This document shows positions 36,826 to 49,262 of a stretch of 64,000 nucleotides of DNA, piece after piece. Position numbers and translations under genes: made by a program. Source of the stretch: Mobula hypostoma (taxonomy: Eukaryota); assembly GCF_963921235.1 (NCBI RefSeq), contig NC_086097.1:74092001-74156000 (forward strand). The letters are read 5' to 3'. The notes under the pieces are model-generated. The model saw nothing but the letters and a program-made list of their open reading frames with translations, did not search any database and was not told the origin of the DNA. Position 1 is the stretch's first letter; each line of letters starts with the position of its first letter.

Positions 36826-37264
36826 TGTCTCGGACCTCCAGAAGTGGTCCACAGCAGGGGTGATTGATAAGTTCGTGGCCTAAGCTAAAAGAGTTGAACT
36901 GCACATGCATGTAACGAGAGCGTCTTGGACCTCCAGGTGGTCCACAGCAGGGGTGATTGATAAGTTCGTGGCCTATGGTAGAAGGAGATGAGTCAAACAG
37001 CTGTCGTTACATGCACGTGCAGTTCAACTCTGAGTGAAAATGCAGAAAGTTTGAAGTTAATAACTCATCTCCTTCTAACGTAGGACACGAACTTATCAAT
37101 CACCCCTGCTGTGGACCCCTTCTACAAAGAAGGGATCCGCATGCTCCACAACCGCTGGACTAAGTGTGTACATGTAGGCGGGGACTATGTTGAAAAATAA
37201 ATGTGCTAGGTTTTCTAAAATTGACTCATTCTACCTTAGGTCACAAACATATCAATCGCCCCTC
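36826..37264 (+). mobile_element. Rearranged mariner remnant
   Basis: 37120-37200 encodes FYKEGIRMLHNRWTKCVHVGGDYVEK*, a mariner transposase C-terminus. It ends atcaatcgcccctcg|TA, and the TIR-like motif is repeated internally. Confidence 0.8.
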
Positions 37265-38983
37265 GTATATGTAAGAAGAAGCACATGAACTAATGCCAAA
37301 TCCTGCAGAACCTCGCTGCAAACAATGTCATTTGACCTTTACCTATGGCTTCCTACTCTGCTATGACAAATATCCATTGAATTTGATACTTTCCTTTGGA
37401 TGCATCAGCTGTAAGTTTTAGTCGTCCACATGGGAACTTGTCAACAACTTCATTAAAACTCATGTATTGTAGATCAAGCTTTTTTCTCACCAGTACTTTT
37501 TGTAATAAATCTGGCATGGGAGGGAACTATAGATTGACAGCTTAAGGTCCATTCTCTTACTCCTTCACCATAATCTTGTAAATAATTTTTGTCAAATCCC
37601 CATCCAATGACTGAATTTGATCTCACTAGCCTCTCAAGCACCTAGCTCCAAAAGAGTTAGACACTACAAGAAGATGATGACTGTTCTTGATTGAGTTGAT
37701 CTTTCCAGATTTTTCAAAGTGCATTTATTAGCAAAGAGTGTATATATTATACAACCTTGAGATTTGTTTGCTTGCAGGCAGTCACAAAGCAAGAAACCCC
37801 AAAAGCACCTGATTAAAGGAAAAAAGATCAATCGCCCCAGTGCCCTCAGAGAAAGAGAAAAAGAAACACAAATCATATAAACAATAGGAGCGAGCAACAA
37901 CACCAGCATCCCAAACCAAATTGAGTCCTCGGTATTCGGCTTATCATATTAGCCGGGCAAGTGGCCACAAAGCTTGCACACACAAAGCACAGCAGCTGTG
38001 GGGGGGGGGGCAGTCTCACAGACTTAGCGTCATGGAGAGAGAAGCCCCCAGACTATCAGGGACAGCCCTTAAATTGTCCGAACCTCACACTATGACCCAG
38101 CCCCGCCACCATTGAATTGCTCCGGGCCTAGATTTCGCTACTGAAGGAGCCAAAGGTTCGAACAATTTAAGTGCTGTCCCTGAAATGCATTACACATTTA
38201 TCATTTATCAGGGGAGAGTTTTGTAAATGCTTTAGCATCCAGATGCTGGGTTTTATCAATGAGAAAAGGGGTAATGATGTTGCTTCCAATTTCCATTAAC
38301 TGCTCACCGGTCCACTACCTTTCACAAATGGATGAGGTCACGTCAGAGTTTTGATCTGTTCCACTGGTTGCGCATTCACAGAGATCTGTCAATAGCATAC
38401 TACTTTTGTTACTTAAGGTGCATAATGTCTAATGTTAGAAATTCTGTGGGCAATATTCATCCAACTAACCGATTACGATGGTGGATCGTTCTAAGCATGG
38501 AGCTGAATTGAAGAGGTTGAGAACGGCTTCTTTGGCAGCGAAATCCAGGTCCAAAGTGAATCACTGGATGGCGTATTTAAAGCCCAGGCCCTAATGAAAG
38601 GTACAGTCCGCAGTGTGGACAATCTAAATGCCAGCCCATATAGACTGAAAGACTGTGAGTTGAGAGTCAGGTGAGGTTGGATCACTCTGGGTGTTGAACT
38701 GATTTACACAGTTAGTACCTCATTTTGAAGTGTCCATGGTATTTCCTAGCACACTCTTCAATGAATTAGAATTGATCCCATGGTTTGACAGTAAAGGTCG
38801 AATGAGGCTATGTTACATACAATGCTGTAATACTGCTCTACTGTTGCAGGTATCCCATGGTTCTTCAGGGATGGGCAGTCTTTGTAGTGTCATGAGATAT
38901 AACAGAGGACACCTTCAATATGATCTTGAAACTTTATCTCAACAAAATCTACAAAGGTCATTGACAAAAGTTGCTTTGCCAAT

Positions 38984-40160
38984 ACAGGTTAAGTGCCCCC
39001 TATCTGAAATTCCAAAATTCAAAAACCTCCAAAATCCAAATTTCTTTTGAGCACTGACTTGATGTCACAAATGGAAAATTCCACAGCGTGCTGGGAAGGT
39101 TCCCAGGTGATACGTAGGTCTCTGCTCACCACAGATAGTTCTGAGAAGTGACCACACATATATGATAAGACCATAAGACCTTAAGAAATAGGAACAGAAT
39201 TAAAGTCTGCTCTGCCTTTTCATCACGGTTGATCCAATTTTCCTCTCAGCCCCAATCTCCTGCTTTCTCCCTGTATCCCTTCATGCCCTGACTGATCAAG
39301 AATCTTTCATCCTCTGCCTTAAATATACATAAAGACTTGGTCTCCACAGCTGCCCGTGGCAAAGAATTCCACAGATTCACCACTCTCTAGCAAAAGAAAT
39401 TCCTCCTCCTCTCCTTTCTAAAAGGATGCCCCTCTATCTGTGGCTGTGTCCTCTTGTCTTAGACTCTCCATCATAGGAAACATTATCTCCATATCCACTC
39501 TATCAAGGCCGTTCACCTTTTGATAGGTTTCAACGAGGTCACCCCTCATTCTTCTGAATCTTGGTGAATACAGGCCCAGAGCCATCAAACGTTCTTCATA
39601 TGACAAGCCGCTTATCCCTTGAATCATTTTCATGAACCTCCTTTGAACCCTCTCCAGTTTCAGCACATCCTTTCAAAGATAAGGGGCCCAAAACTGCCCA
39701 CAATACTCCAAGTGAGGCCTCACTAGTGCTTTATAAAGTTTCAACATTACATTCCAATGAACAGAAGTTAACGAAAAATAAAAAAAACACTGCATAAAGC
39801 GAATAATGAAGATCTAGATTATATACTGAAAGAGTGGATTCATCAGTGTCAGAGTGAAGAAATGCTGCTTAACAGTGTGCTGATCATGAAACAAGCAAAA
39901 ATCTATGACGGTAAACTGAAAACGGAAGGTAATTGTTTCATGGACAAAATTACTAAAAATATAATTTAAAACTACCTTCTCTCCTTCACACCAGCTGTAC
40001 ATAAGCTGCATATGTAATGTAATTGGATTTTGTGTTTAGACTTGGGTCCCATTTTCAAAGTACCTGATTATATATATGTAAATATTCCAAAATCTGAAAA
40101 TATCCAAAATCTGAGACACTTCCAGCCCCAAGCATTTTGGATAAGAGATGTCCAATCTAT
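38984..40160 (+). mobile_element. Tigger/pogo-family DNA transposon remnant with a nested CR1 (39165-39752, minus)
   Basis: Ends TA|caggttaagtgccccttatctgaaa and tttggataagagatgtccaatct. A CENP-B-like HTH remnant [28 protein letters not shown] lies at about 39785-39905. The nested CR1 ORF 39418..39666 reads LERVQRRFMKMI. Confidence 0.75.
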
Positions 40161-41700
40161 ATGGAGAAAGATGAGTATGTGAAGGAGACTTTTCCCTCAT
40201 TTTGCTTCTCACACAAACTGCTCTAGGGCTCAATCCAGCAGCTACATCATTCTAGATTTGACCAGCTCATGTGTAGTGTGCCACTGAATCACTCTTGATG
40301 GCGGGCATTGGTGACCCTGACTGAGAGTATCTTCTATGGCCCTTCCACTCTTGGTGCTTCCCAAGTGGCTTTTAGCATGGAAACAGCAAGGGATAACATC
40401 AATTCAAATTCACCCTCAAGGAACTTCACTCCTTCACCGTCGCAGGGCAAATAACCTTGAATAGGTCAACATATGAATCGCTACACATAAAAGGAAACAG
40501 TGGTTCAAAAAGGCAGCCAACATCACAAAGACAAGTGGGAATTGGTGATAAATGATTAGACACCATGTCCACGTTTCACAAAACGAGAAAATCTCTCAAT
40601 TTCTGTGTTTCAAATGAGGTTTTGCTATAAATACCTCTAATCACACTATTTGGCTGTTAACTATAAATGCAACAATTTTAGAATGATATGCAAAAAATGT
40701 TTCATCAATGCACTTACACTGTTGTGAAAGATTATGCACAGGTATTGCTTCCAGATGAGTGGCCATGCATAAGAGTTTGAAGAACCAAGCTCACAGAGTT
40801 CTGAACAGAAATACCCAGTCATATTTCATAATTTAAAAGCCTGCACAATTGTTTATATACACAAGGGAGATTTTCAGTTGCAATGCACAAATGATACTGC
40901 AGTGACTCTGTTCTTACCCTTCCCTTCAGCTAAATTAATAATCTTAATTTCAATTATAAATCACACCATGGAACCAGAAAAGTATCCAATTTCCACTTTG
41001 GATATATATGAACTGATAGCAAAAGGTCCCTCAAACATCCAAGCAGAAAGCAAGGCTGCTTTTTCCTTAATTTACTGCAGGACATAAAGATGTTTGCTAA
41101 GGGAGTCTCAAGACTAATTATCAATTTCATAAAGAGGAACTCAACCAACCAGTTAAGTTACGTAAGAATTGCTCTTAGCAGCACCTTGGGTCTAAACATC
41201 CTCAACTGCTTCACCAAAGATCAACCTGCCACACTAAGGTCAGAAGTGGGGAGGTTTGCTGGTTATAGCAAGATGTTCAATTTCATTAGCGATTCCTCAA
41301 AGCATGACCCAGCATGCAGTAAGATCTAGACATCAGTCAGGTAGTGACAAGTGACAATGACACTACACAAGAGTCAATATAATCTGTAACAAAAGACCAC
41401 TTCCTGCTCATGACATTCATTCAAACTGCCAAAACCTCAATTATCAGCTTCCCAGGAATTCAACAGTGAGGAGAAGCTCAACTGGGCCAATGACATAAAC
41501 AATGTGCCTATAAAAGCAGGTTATATACTGTACTGGGTAACCAGCAGTAAGTGACTCACAAACTTAAAGCCCTTCCATCAATACGATGCCTAGGTAAGTA
41601 GAGATCCAACAATGCTCAAGCTCAACACCATGCAGGACAATGGGGCTACTTGATTAGCACCCTATCCGCCACCTAAACCCACCCCTGGCATTATGTGTAA

Positions 41701-42846
41701 CAGCGAGCACTGTGAGGGTCATGTTTTTTGACTTCTCCAGTGTGTTCAACACCATCCGCCCTGCTCTGCTGGGGGAGAAGCTGACAGCCATACAGGTGGA
41801 TGCTTTCCTGGTGTCATGGATTCTTGATTACCTGACTGGCAGACCACAGTACATGTGCTTGCAACACTGTGTGTCAGACAGAGTGATCAGCAGCACTGGG
41901 GCTCCACAGGGGACTGTCTTGTCTCCCTTTCTCTTCACCATTTACACCTCAGAGTTCAACTACCGCACAGAGTCTTGTCATCTTCAGAAGTTTTCTGATG
42001 ACTCTACCATAGTTGGATGCATCAGCAAGGGAGATGAGACTGAGTACAGGGCTACGGTAGGAAATTTTGTCATATGGTGTGAGCAGAGTTATCTGCAGCT
42101 TAATGTGAAAAAGACTAAGGAGCTGGTGGTAGACTTGAGGAGAGCTAAGGTATCGGTGAACCCTGTTTCCATCCAGGGGGTCAGTGTGGACATGGTGGAG
42201 GATTACAAATACCTGGGGATACGAATTGACAATAAACTGGACTGGTCAAAGAACACTGAGGCTGTCTACAAGAAGGGTCAGAGCTGTCTCTATTTCCTGA
42301 GGAGACTGAGGTCCTTTAACATCTGCCGGATGATGCTGAGGATGTTCTACGTGTCTGTAGTGGCCAGTGCGATCATGTTTGCTGTTGTGTGCTGGGGCAG
42401 CAGGCTGAGGGTAGCAGACACCAACAGAATCAGCAAACTCGCTCGTAAGGCCAGTGATGTTGTGGGGAGGGAAATGGACTCTCTGACGGTGGTGTCTGAA
42501 AAGAGGATGCTGTCCAAGTTGCATGCCATCTTGGACAATGTCTCCCATCCACTACATAATGTACTGGTTGGGCACAGGAGTACATTCAGCCGGAGACTCA
42601 TTCCACCGAGATGCAACACAGAGCGTCATAGGAAGTCATTCCTGCCTGTGGCCATCAAACTTTACAACTCCTCCCTTGGAGGGTCAGACACCTTGAGCCA
42701 ATAGGCTGGTCCTGGACTTATTTCCTGGCATAATTTACATATTACTATTTAATTATTTATGGTTTTATTACTATTTAATTATTTATGGTACAACTGTAAC
42801 GAAAACCAATTTCCTCCGGGATCAATAAAGTATGACTATGACTATC
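41701..42846 (+). mobile_element. Rex1/Babar-clade LINE, 5'-truncated, open 330-aa RT/C-terminal frame
   Basis: ORF 41712..42704 has GAPQGTVLSP, FSDD and YKYLG, followed by an AATAAAG plus (TATGAC)n tail. Confidence 0.92.
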
Positions 42847-45800
42847 TACAATAGTGGTTCTATTGTGTGATTTATAATTAAAATGAAGTTCATTAACTTA
42901 GCTGAAGGGAAGGGTATGATATGAAGAAAGTCACAGCAATATCAACTGTACATTGTAGATCACCACCACCCTCTACTGATTTTAATTGATGTTCCAATGA
43001 ACTACCAAACAGCTAATCCTTTGCTTCACCTTTACTTGTAAACTAGAAGTACAATGCTGAAGAACAATCCATGTACTTGCCTCAATGGTTATTATTTATT
43101 ACTGGCCTCAGTTAACAGTACTACTGTATATCAAATGTGAATTAGTGTGAATAATAGCACAATAAATGTATATTCATTGGGACTGCAATTAATTGAAAGT
43201 CTAAGTGTCGTCAAGTTTCATTCAAATACTGTTCATAAATCCTTAAATAGGGTACAAAATAATCCAGATAATTTCTTTAAATCTCTTAATAATACACAAT
43301 TTACATTTAAAAAACCTCATTAATGTTGATTTTTAAAACATTTCATTTGGAAGTATGTAACAAATTCAGCAGGTTGGGTACAGGAAGTGCTAAAGGCAAA
43401 TTACTAGTAAAATTTGTGTAATAATATGCAAACTGTTTTCTGGAATGCAAGGGGAAAAATGGCTTAGTGGTTTATTCTAACCATCACAATAATCTCACCA
43501 AACTTCATGTCTGGAATTTGTCAGCCCTGAGTTCACACATGGCTAGCAACCATCTCATATTCCTTGAATACACCTTTGTGTATTGTTGCAGAAGGCTTAC
43601 TTGCTGCTAATGGGGGACAACAGTTAAAAAATTACCAACATTTTTCTGCAGCAGCTGGTACTGAATTTTGATGCTATTCTATTCAGATGCAACTTGCCCC
43701 GTTCACTAACTGGTAATTTTCTATTTATGCAGTTCTAATCCTGGTACATAGACAATTCAAGTATTCAATCTTTAATTAAATGCCTTGCTCTGCCTGGAGG
43801 CCAAGACTATTTTCAGCCAAAGCTGTCAGTCAAATCATTTGAAAAGCTATTATCAAATGTTCAATGGAACTCATGTTCATCAACCCCAGTAAAAAGCAGT
43901 CTTAGGAGTTTTTTTTTCGGTAAAGTTTATAAAACCTGCAACTTCTAGCTAAAGATAGATTTTGATTCTACAGTGGCTACTGGAGGTTGGCAGATGTTTA
44001 GTCCTGGGAGTTCCAAGCCACATGCTGGAGGGCACCTGCAGGCTGAACATGCAGCAAAGTAGCTGTAACCATGTTGAATATTACTGTAGGACAAAAAAAG
44101 TGCATTTTTTACAGGTATAGTCTCACAATAAGACACGTCTTACCCTTCAGTCAGAATCTAAATCCTCTGCTGCTGAAATAAAACTTGACTGAAGACATTT
44201 CTTTTGTAAAGTGTTCACTTACAAAAAGTGCTTCCTCCTGATTGTTGTGAACAAAACCAAGATTAAAATTTTCAGAAACACTCAAATCACAAGGAAAATG
44301 GCATAGAATTCTTAAACAAAAGTTTTAACAACAGAGGTAATTTACTTGTAAGTAGTTGTAACAGCTGCCACAGCTGCCAATTTTTTCTTATTTGAATAGC
44401 AGACATTTAGCTAATGTGCTTCTTCAAAATTGACATTTCTTTTAAAAGGTCTCAAAACCCTGGGCTTCAAGCATCACTCAGAATTTCACGAGTTTTTTTT
44501 TACCTAAATTAGTAATTTCCCAAAATAACTTGTCTGCCAATTCAGCAAGACAAAATTACCATATCACATCAATGCACTTGTGAAATGTCTATTGCTGAAA
44601 GAAATCACTCTGCTTTTTTCCAAAGGAAATATCCCCTTCAATTTGCATTTTATCAAATTTGCTCTTGGGATTTCTATTTCCAGAAAAAAATGGAGGACCA
44701 CTCTGCTCAGCTCTTCCTTATTGCGTATCCTTTCCAATCTATGTGAATTCCATGCACATCTTTACTGTATTTTCAGATGTCATAATATTACTTTCTGGGG
44801 TTTGGACATTAAGATTACTCACAGTGGAACTCACAAGCACTAACCAAGACTTCATATGAACTCCTTGCATGCATCTTTTTCTTAACCATTTCTTTGGAAG
44901 TGAGCTCTGTTACTTGGTTGGAGCTTACCATCTTGTACTGCCACCAAAAAATTTGTAATTCAGAGCTTCAAAGGAATAAGTAACTTTTCTTTAACTTCTC
45001 CGATAAAAATGACCATCCATGCTTTGTTATATTAGATTCATTTGCAAAATTATATAGTAGAACATGCGAGTTTGGATTGCTCATGGACTCTCTCATTAAA
45101 GATAGACTTGTTTGTGGCATTCGAGATAATACTCTGAGAGAAAGGCTATTGAGAGAGCAAGAATTAAATTTTGAAAAAGTTTTGGCGCTTTGCAAAGCAG
45201 CTGAGACCGTGGCGTTGCAGGCTGAAGAGCTTTTTGTCGAAAACTACAATGTAAACGCTGTAAAAAAGCGCAAATATATCAAGAAATATAACGATACATT
45301 GACAAAACCAACAGAGAGCAAGACGGCATTGGAAAGAAAAAGTCATGTGATCGCTGTGCGTGGGAACATTGTCCAAATCAGTGTCCTGCATATAGCAAAA
45401 TTTGCAATGGCTGTGGTAAGATTAATCATTTTTCACGCTGTTGTAAAAGTAGAAAGAAGGAAAATAAAATGAAACAAGTAAATACTGTGCTTGAAGATGA
45501 ACGAGAGGAATTTTATATAGATGTGCTTTGTGAAAATAAACAAAGTAAGAATGACTGGACTATTCCGTTGCAAGTGAATCAAAACAATATTCTATTTAAA
45601 CTTGATACTGGAGCACAAGTAAATGTTCTTGCAGAATCTGAGTTTAATGATTTAAATCCAAGACCAAAGTTACATCAGACAAATATAAAAGTGACTGGGT
45701 ATTCAGGTGCAGACATTCCAGTTAAAGAAACATGCATAGCAAAGGTATCACACAAAAATATCACTTTCATTTGTGGTCATGCCAAAAAATGTACAGTCAA

Positions 45801-45872
45801 TTCTGGGTTTATCTGCCTGTGAAAGACTTAATCTGGTGAAAAGAATTTTTGTCTTGGATAGTGACACAGAAA

Positions 45873-46320
45873 CTGAAGCGACAGAATGTTGCATTACAGT
45901 CAGCAGGTGATGTAACTTGACTGTAGGTCCAGCTCATGGAGGCAAATGCTGACCTGGAGAATATAAAAGCAGTAGCTGCAGTGTCTGAGACGACCAAACA
46001 GGAGGCAATTGATGATATGAAAAAGTAATGGCAAGAGGAGGTTGCTTCAATGCAAGCAATAATGAAAGAGACACTGAGAGATTATGAGATTCAGTCTAAT
46101 CACCGACTAGAGCAAGAACGCTCACAGTGGGCACAGTATAAGCAAGAAGTGAAAGCTCAAGTAACGGAATTGAGAAGTTTTATTGAAATGATGAAGTCTC
46201 AGCATGAAAAAGAGATTACACAGTTAATGAACAAATTAGATGAAGAAGATTTGTATTTCATTACAAGTGGAAGTGGAACGTGAATTGACTGATCTAAGGA
46301 GATGTTTGTCTGAAGGACAA
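45873..46320 (+). pseudogene. rabep1: Captured fragment of Rabaptin-5 coding sequence (N-terminal coiled coil), with stops, interrupted at about 46143-46272
   Basis: Reads LKRQNVALQSAGDVT*L*VQLMEANADLENIKAVAAVSETTKQEAIDDMKK*WQEEVASMQAIMKETLRDYEIQSNHRLEQERSQWAQYK...ERELTDLRRCLSEGQ. Recalled human RABEP1 is LKRQNAVLQ..EMENIKAIATVSENTKQEAIDEVKRQWREEVASLQAVMKETVRDYEHQFHLRLEQERTQWAQYRESAEREIADLRRRLSEGQ. Confidence 0.85.
46143..46278 (+). pseudogene. Captured fragment resembling the C-terminal coiled coil of the SH3KBP1/CIN85-CD2AP family
   Basis: Reads QEVKAQVTELRSFIEMMKSQHEKEITQLMNKLDEE(frameshift)KICISLQVEVE. Recalled CIN85 is [46 protein letters not shown]. The exact paralogue is uncertain. 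Confidence 0.7.
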
Positions 46321-47038
46321 GGAGACAAAGTGAGGATACAAGGTAAAATGAACACATGGACACAGACCAGATCACACATGGTCCAAACAGAGGAGGGAGC
46401 GGTGTTAAAAAAGAATCACAAAGGCTTTAAGAAAGAGCCAGCTTCAGAGTTTCAGTTATCTGATATAGATGCTTTTTGATTAACGTTGTTAATTGTTTTT
46501 CTTTTTAAGGAAAGGGATGTGGTGATATCACGTGCAATGATGTGCCAGTATATGATTGGACAGAGCACTAAGCATGCACGGGATTGCCAGAATGTTCCAG
46601 TACGTGGCTGGGTTAAGACGTGTTTGTTTATTACTGTAAATAAAAGTTCTCTAATTCTTCCAGAATATGACTCTTTACTGTTCACCTACGGTACGTTTAA
46701 ACAGAAGTAACATAACACCTGGGACCTTATCGCTCTTCGAAAGTGTACAAATTGAATGGGCAATATATTGCTCTCCTGTTAATTCTTCACAGACTTCAAA
46801 AAGATGAAAATGCAAAGACTTTTTTTTAACAGATATGTTTGATTTTCACTCTATATTTTCTGAAGATGTTCAGTTTTGAAATTTTTCATCAAGGCCTGAA
46901 ACTGTCAGGAGCCACCAGTTTATTCATTGGAATGGAAAATAACAGTACAAGGTGGAAATATAATTTATGTTTACACAATTTGGTTACACTGAGTTGAATT
47001 AAAGATGTGTAGATGTTTTAACATTTTTTTAGTATTGA

Positions 47039-47286
47039 AGGTCGACCTTCACTAATCCGACTACTGTACCTGTAATCCAGTTCCTTTGATAATCCGGCAC
47101 TGATTATGCTTAATGTGATCCTTCTGTAATTTGGCATTTTCACTAATCTGGCACTCCTCAGGTCCCAATGGTGCTGGATTAGTGAAGGTTAGCTATTGCT
47201 TAATGTGATCCTTCTGTAATTTGGCATTTTCACTAATCTGGCACTCCTCAGATCGCAATGGTGCCAGATTAATGAAGGTCGACCTG
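47039..47286. mobile_element. MITE (Tc1/mariner-pogo-like) with an internal tandem duplication of about 90 bp
   Basis: TIRs aggtcgaccttcactaatc and gattaatgaaggtcgacct(g)|TA. The unit tgcttaatgtgatccttctgtaatttggcattttcactaatctggcactcctca occurs twice. Confidence 0.75.
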
Positions 47287-48080
47287 TAATATATGTCTGT
47301 GAATAGGATAAGAGAGTTGTCCTATCACGAGTAGCTGAAGATATTAGAACCACATTTTTTGTTCAGAAGAATGAGGAATGAGGACTGATCTTACTGAAAC
47401 ATAAAAAAAAATCCCAAGGAACACGAAAAAGTAGATATTGAGAATCTCAAATGAAGCCACCTTGTTAAAGGATCCAGGGTTGGCCATTTAAAACAAAGGG
47501 GCACAGGAAATTCTTCTTGTAAAGGATATGTACCTCTGGAATTATCTATCCCCAGAGAGTATTGGAAGCTAAATTAGTGGAAATATTTGAGGAGGAAATA
47601 GATATATTTTTGGAAGATTGGAAACTTAAGGGCTGTGGAGTACTGACACAGAAGAGGAGATAATTAGCATACAGGAGATGAAGCCAGGGTTTCATCTAAA
47701 CACCAGGAGAATTTCGTGGGTACGGGATACCATTTATGATCAGAAAGGCCTTCCACTGATCAGCTGAGAGTTGGCTCTTATGCATTTCATGCCAGGGGAT
47801 GCCACAACATTAAAAGTTCAAAGTCCACAGTAAATTTATTATCAAAGTACATATATGTCACCGTATACTACCCTGTGATCAATTTTCTTGTGTGCATTCA
47901 CAGTAAATACAAACACAATAGAATCAGAAAAAAAGCACACAATAAAAATGGACAAGCTAACAATGTACAAAAGACAACCAACTACAAATACATAAAAGAA
48001 AACAATAATAATAATAAATAAATACGCAATAAATATTGAGAACATGAGTTGTAGAGTCTTTAAAAGCAAGTCCAAAGGTT

Positions 48081-48516
48081 ATAGCATGAACACTGATTTC
48101 TCGAACTTATTTTAATGCCCCTTCCCTTCACCATTCCCCATACCCTTTTCCCTCTCTCACCTTATCTCCTTGCCTGCCAATCAGCTCCCTCTGGTACTCC
48201 TGCACCCTTTTTTTTCATCTATGGCCTTCTGTCCTCTTCTATCAGACTCCCCCTTCTCCAGCCCTGTATCTCTTTCACCAATCAACTTCCCAGCTCTTTA
48301 CTTCATCCCTCCCCCTTCAGATTTCATCTATCACCTTGTGTTTCTCTCTCCCTTCCCCCCACTTTTTAGATCTACTCCTCTGCTTCTTTTCTCTGGTCCT
48401 GCCAAAGAGTCTCGGCCCAAAACGTTGACTGTACTCTTTTCCACAGATGCTGCCTGGCCTGCTCAGTTCCTTCAGCATTTTGGGAGTGTTCCAGCACCTG
48501 CAGATTTTCTCTTGTT
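48081..48516 (+). mobile_element. Penelope pLTR fragment inserted in a Rex1 3' fragment (about 47815-48715, minus)
   Basis: 10-bp TSD TCCAAAGGTT (48071-48080 and 48517-48526), a pyrimidine-rich body, and a degenerate ctgccaaagagtctcggcccaaaacgttgact motif. Confidence 0.78.
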
Positions 48517-49262
48517 TCCAAAGGTTCTGGAATCAGTTCAGTGTTGGGGTGAGTGAAGTTATGTTTTCTGGTTCAAGAGCCTGATGGTTGAGGAGTAATG
48601 ACTGTTCCTGAAACTGTGGTGTGGAACTTAAGGCTCCTATACATTTTTCCTGATGGCAACAGTGAGAAAAGAGTATGGCTTGGAAGACGGGGTCCTTGAT
48701 GGTGGATGTGCTCGATGCTACATTAACAGGTTTGATGGTAGACAAGCACAAATTCTGCTGGATTTTTACAATAACTAATTAAAATTGATTAAGTAACAGA
48801 AAAGTTACATTAATTTGAACCTTTTGCAGTTTCAAGACTTCTCACAAAACTGCACAGCTTATGAAATGGTTTTGAAATTATAAAATGAGACAAGTATGCA
48901 AGTCAGCCCAATGAAGTGATCTTACTGTGCAAATCAGAATGATGCCATGAGCTAATACCAATCTTTATTAGAAGTATGTAATATTGCTTCCATATCACAT
49001 TGGCATTCTAAAGCAAGAACCATTTTCCAATCTGATTAACAGTTGAAACATTAGCTCAAATTTCACTGTTGTAATAGTAGTAAAACTGTCAGGATGAGCT
49101 GTAAAAGCTACAGCAAACATCTGGAGTAGACAAATGTGTAGTTAAACATTGAATTCCAGAAGATGCTGTCAGTGATTCCCAGCTCCACTACAAGCTGTAC
49201 TGTTGTGTCATCTACTCCAGCATAATTAAAGGAAACCAGTAATCTGACAAGAAGTTCATGTA

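Larger units (their letters stand above)
45055..46717 (+). mobile_element. Deleted Ty3/Gypsy LTR retrotransposon: gag, protease, captured host sequence, integrase tail, PPT, 3' LTR
   Basis: Gag TCEFG..DSLIKDRLVCGIRD..RERLLRE; protease FKLDTGAQVNVL; integrase tail GDKVRIQ..W..RSHMVQTEEGAV (46321-46430); PPT AAGGAAAGGGA (46507-46517); LTR TG..AATAAA..CA (46518-46717). Confidence 0.85.

Noticed and set aside
36826..37120. Spaced repeats as a CRISPR-like array
   Set aside because: The context is eukaryotic, the copies are in mixed orientation and derive from a mariner TIR, and there are no cas genes.
38507..38670. Plus-strand open frame IEEVENGFFGSEIQ... ending at ag|gtgagg
   Set aside because: No recognisable homology, an in-frame stop just upstream, and no convincing acceptor.
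41712..42704. 330-aa open ORF as a host gene or domesticated RT
   Set aside because: It is a 5'-truncated Rex1 copy with near-identical siblings in the window and a LINE tail. The open frame reflects youth.
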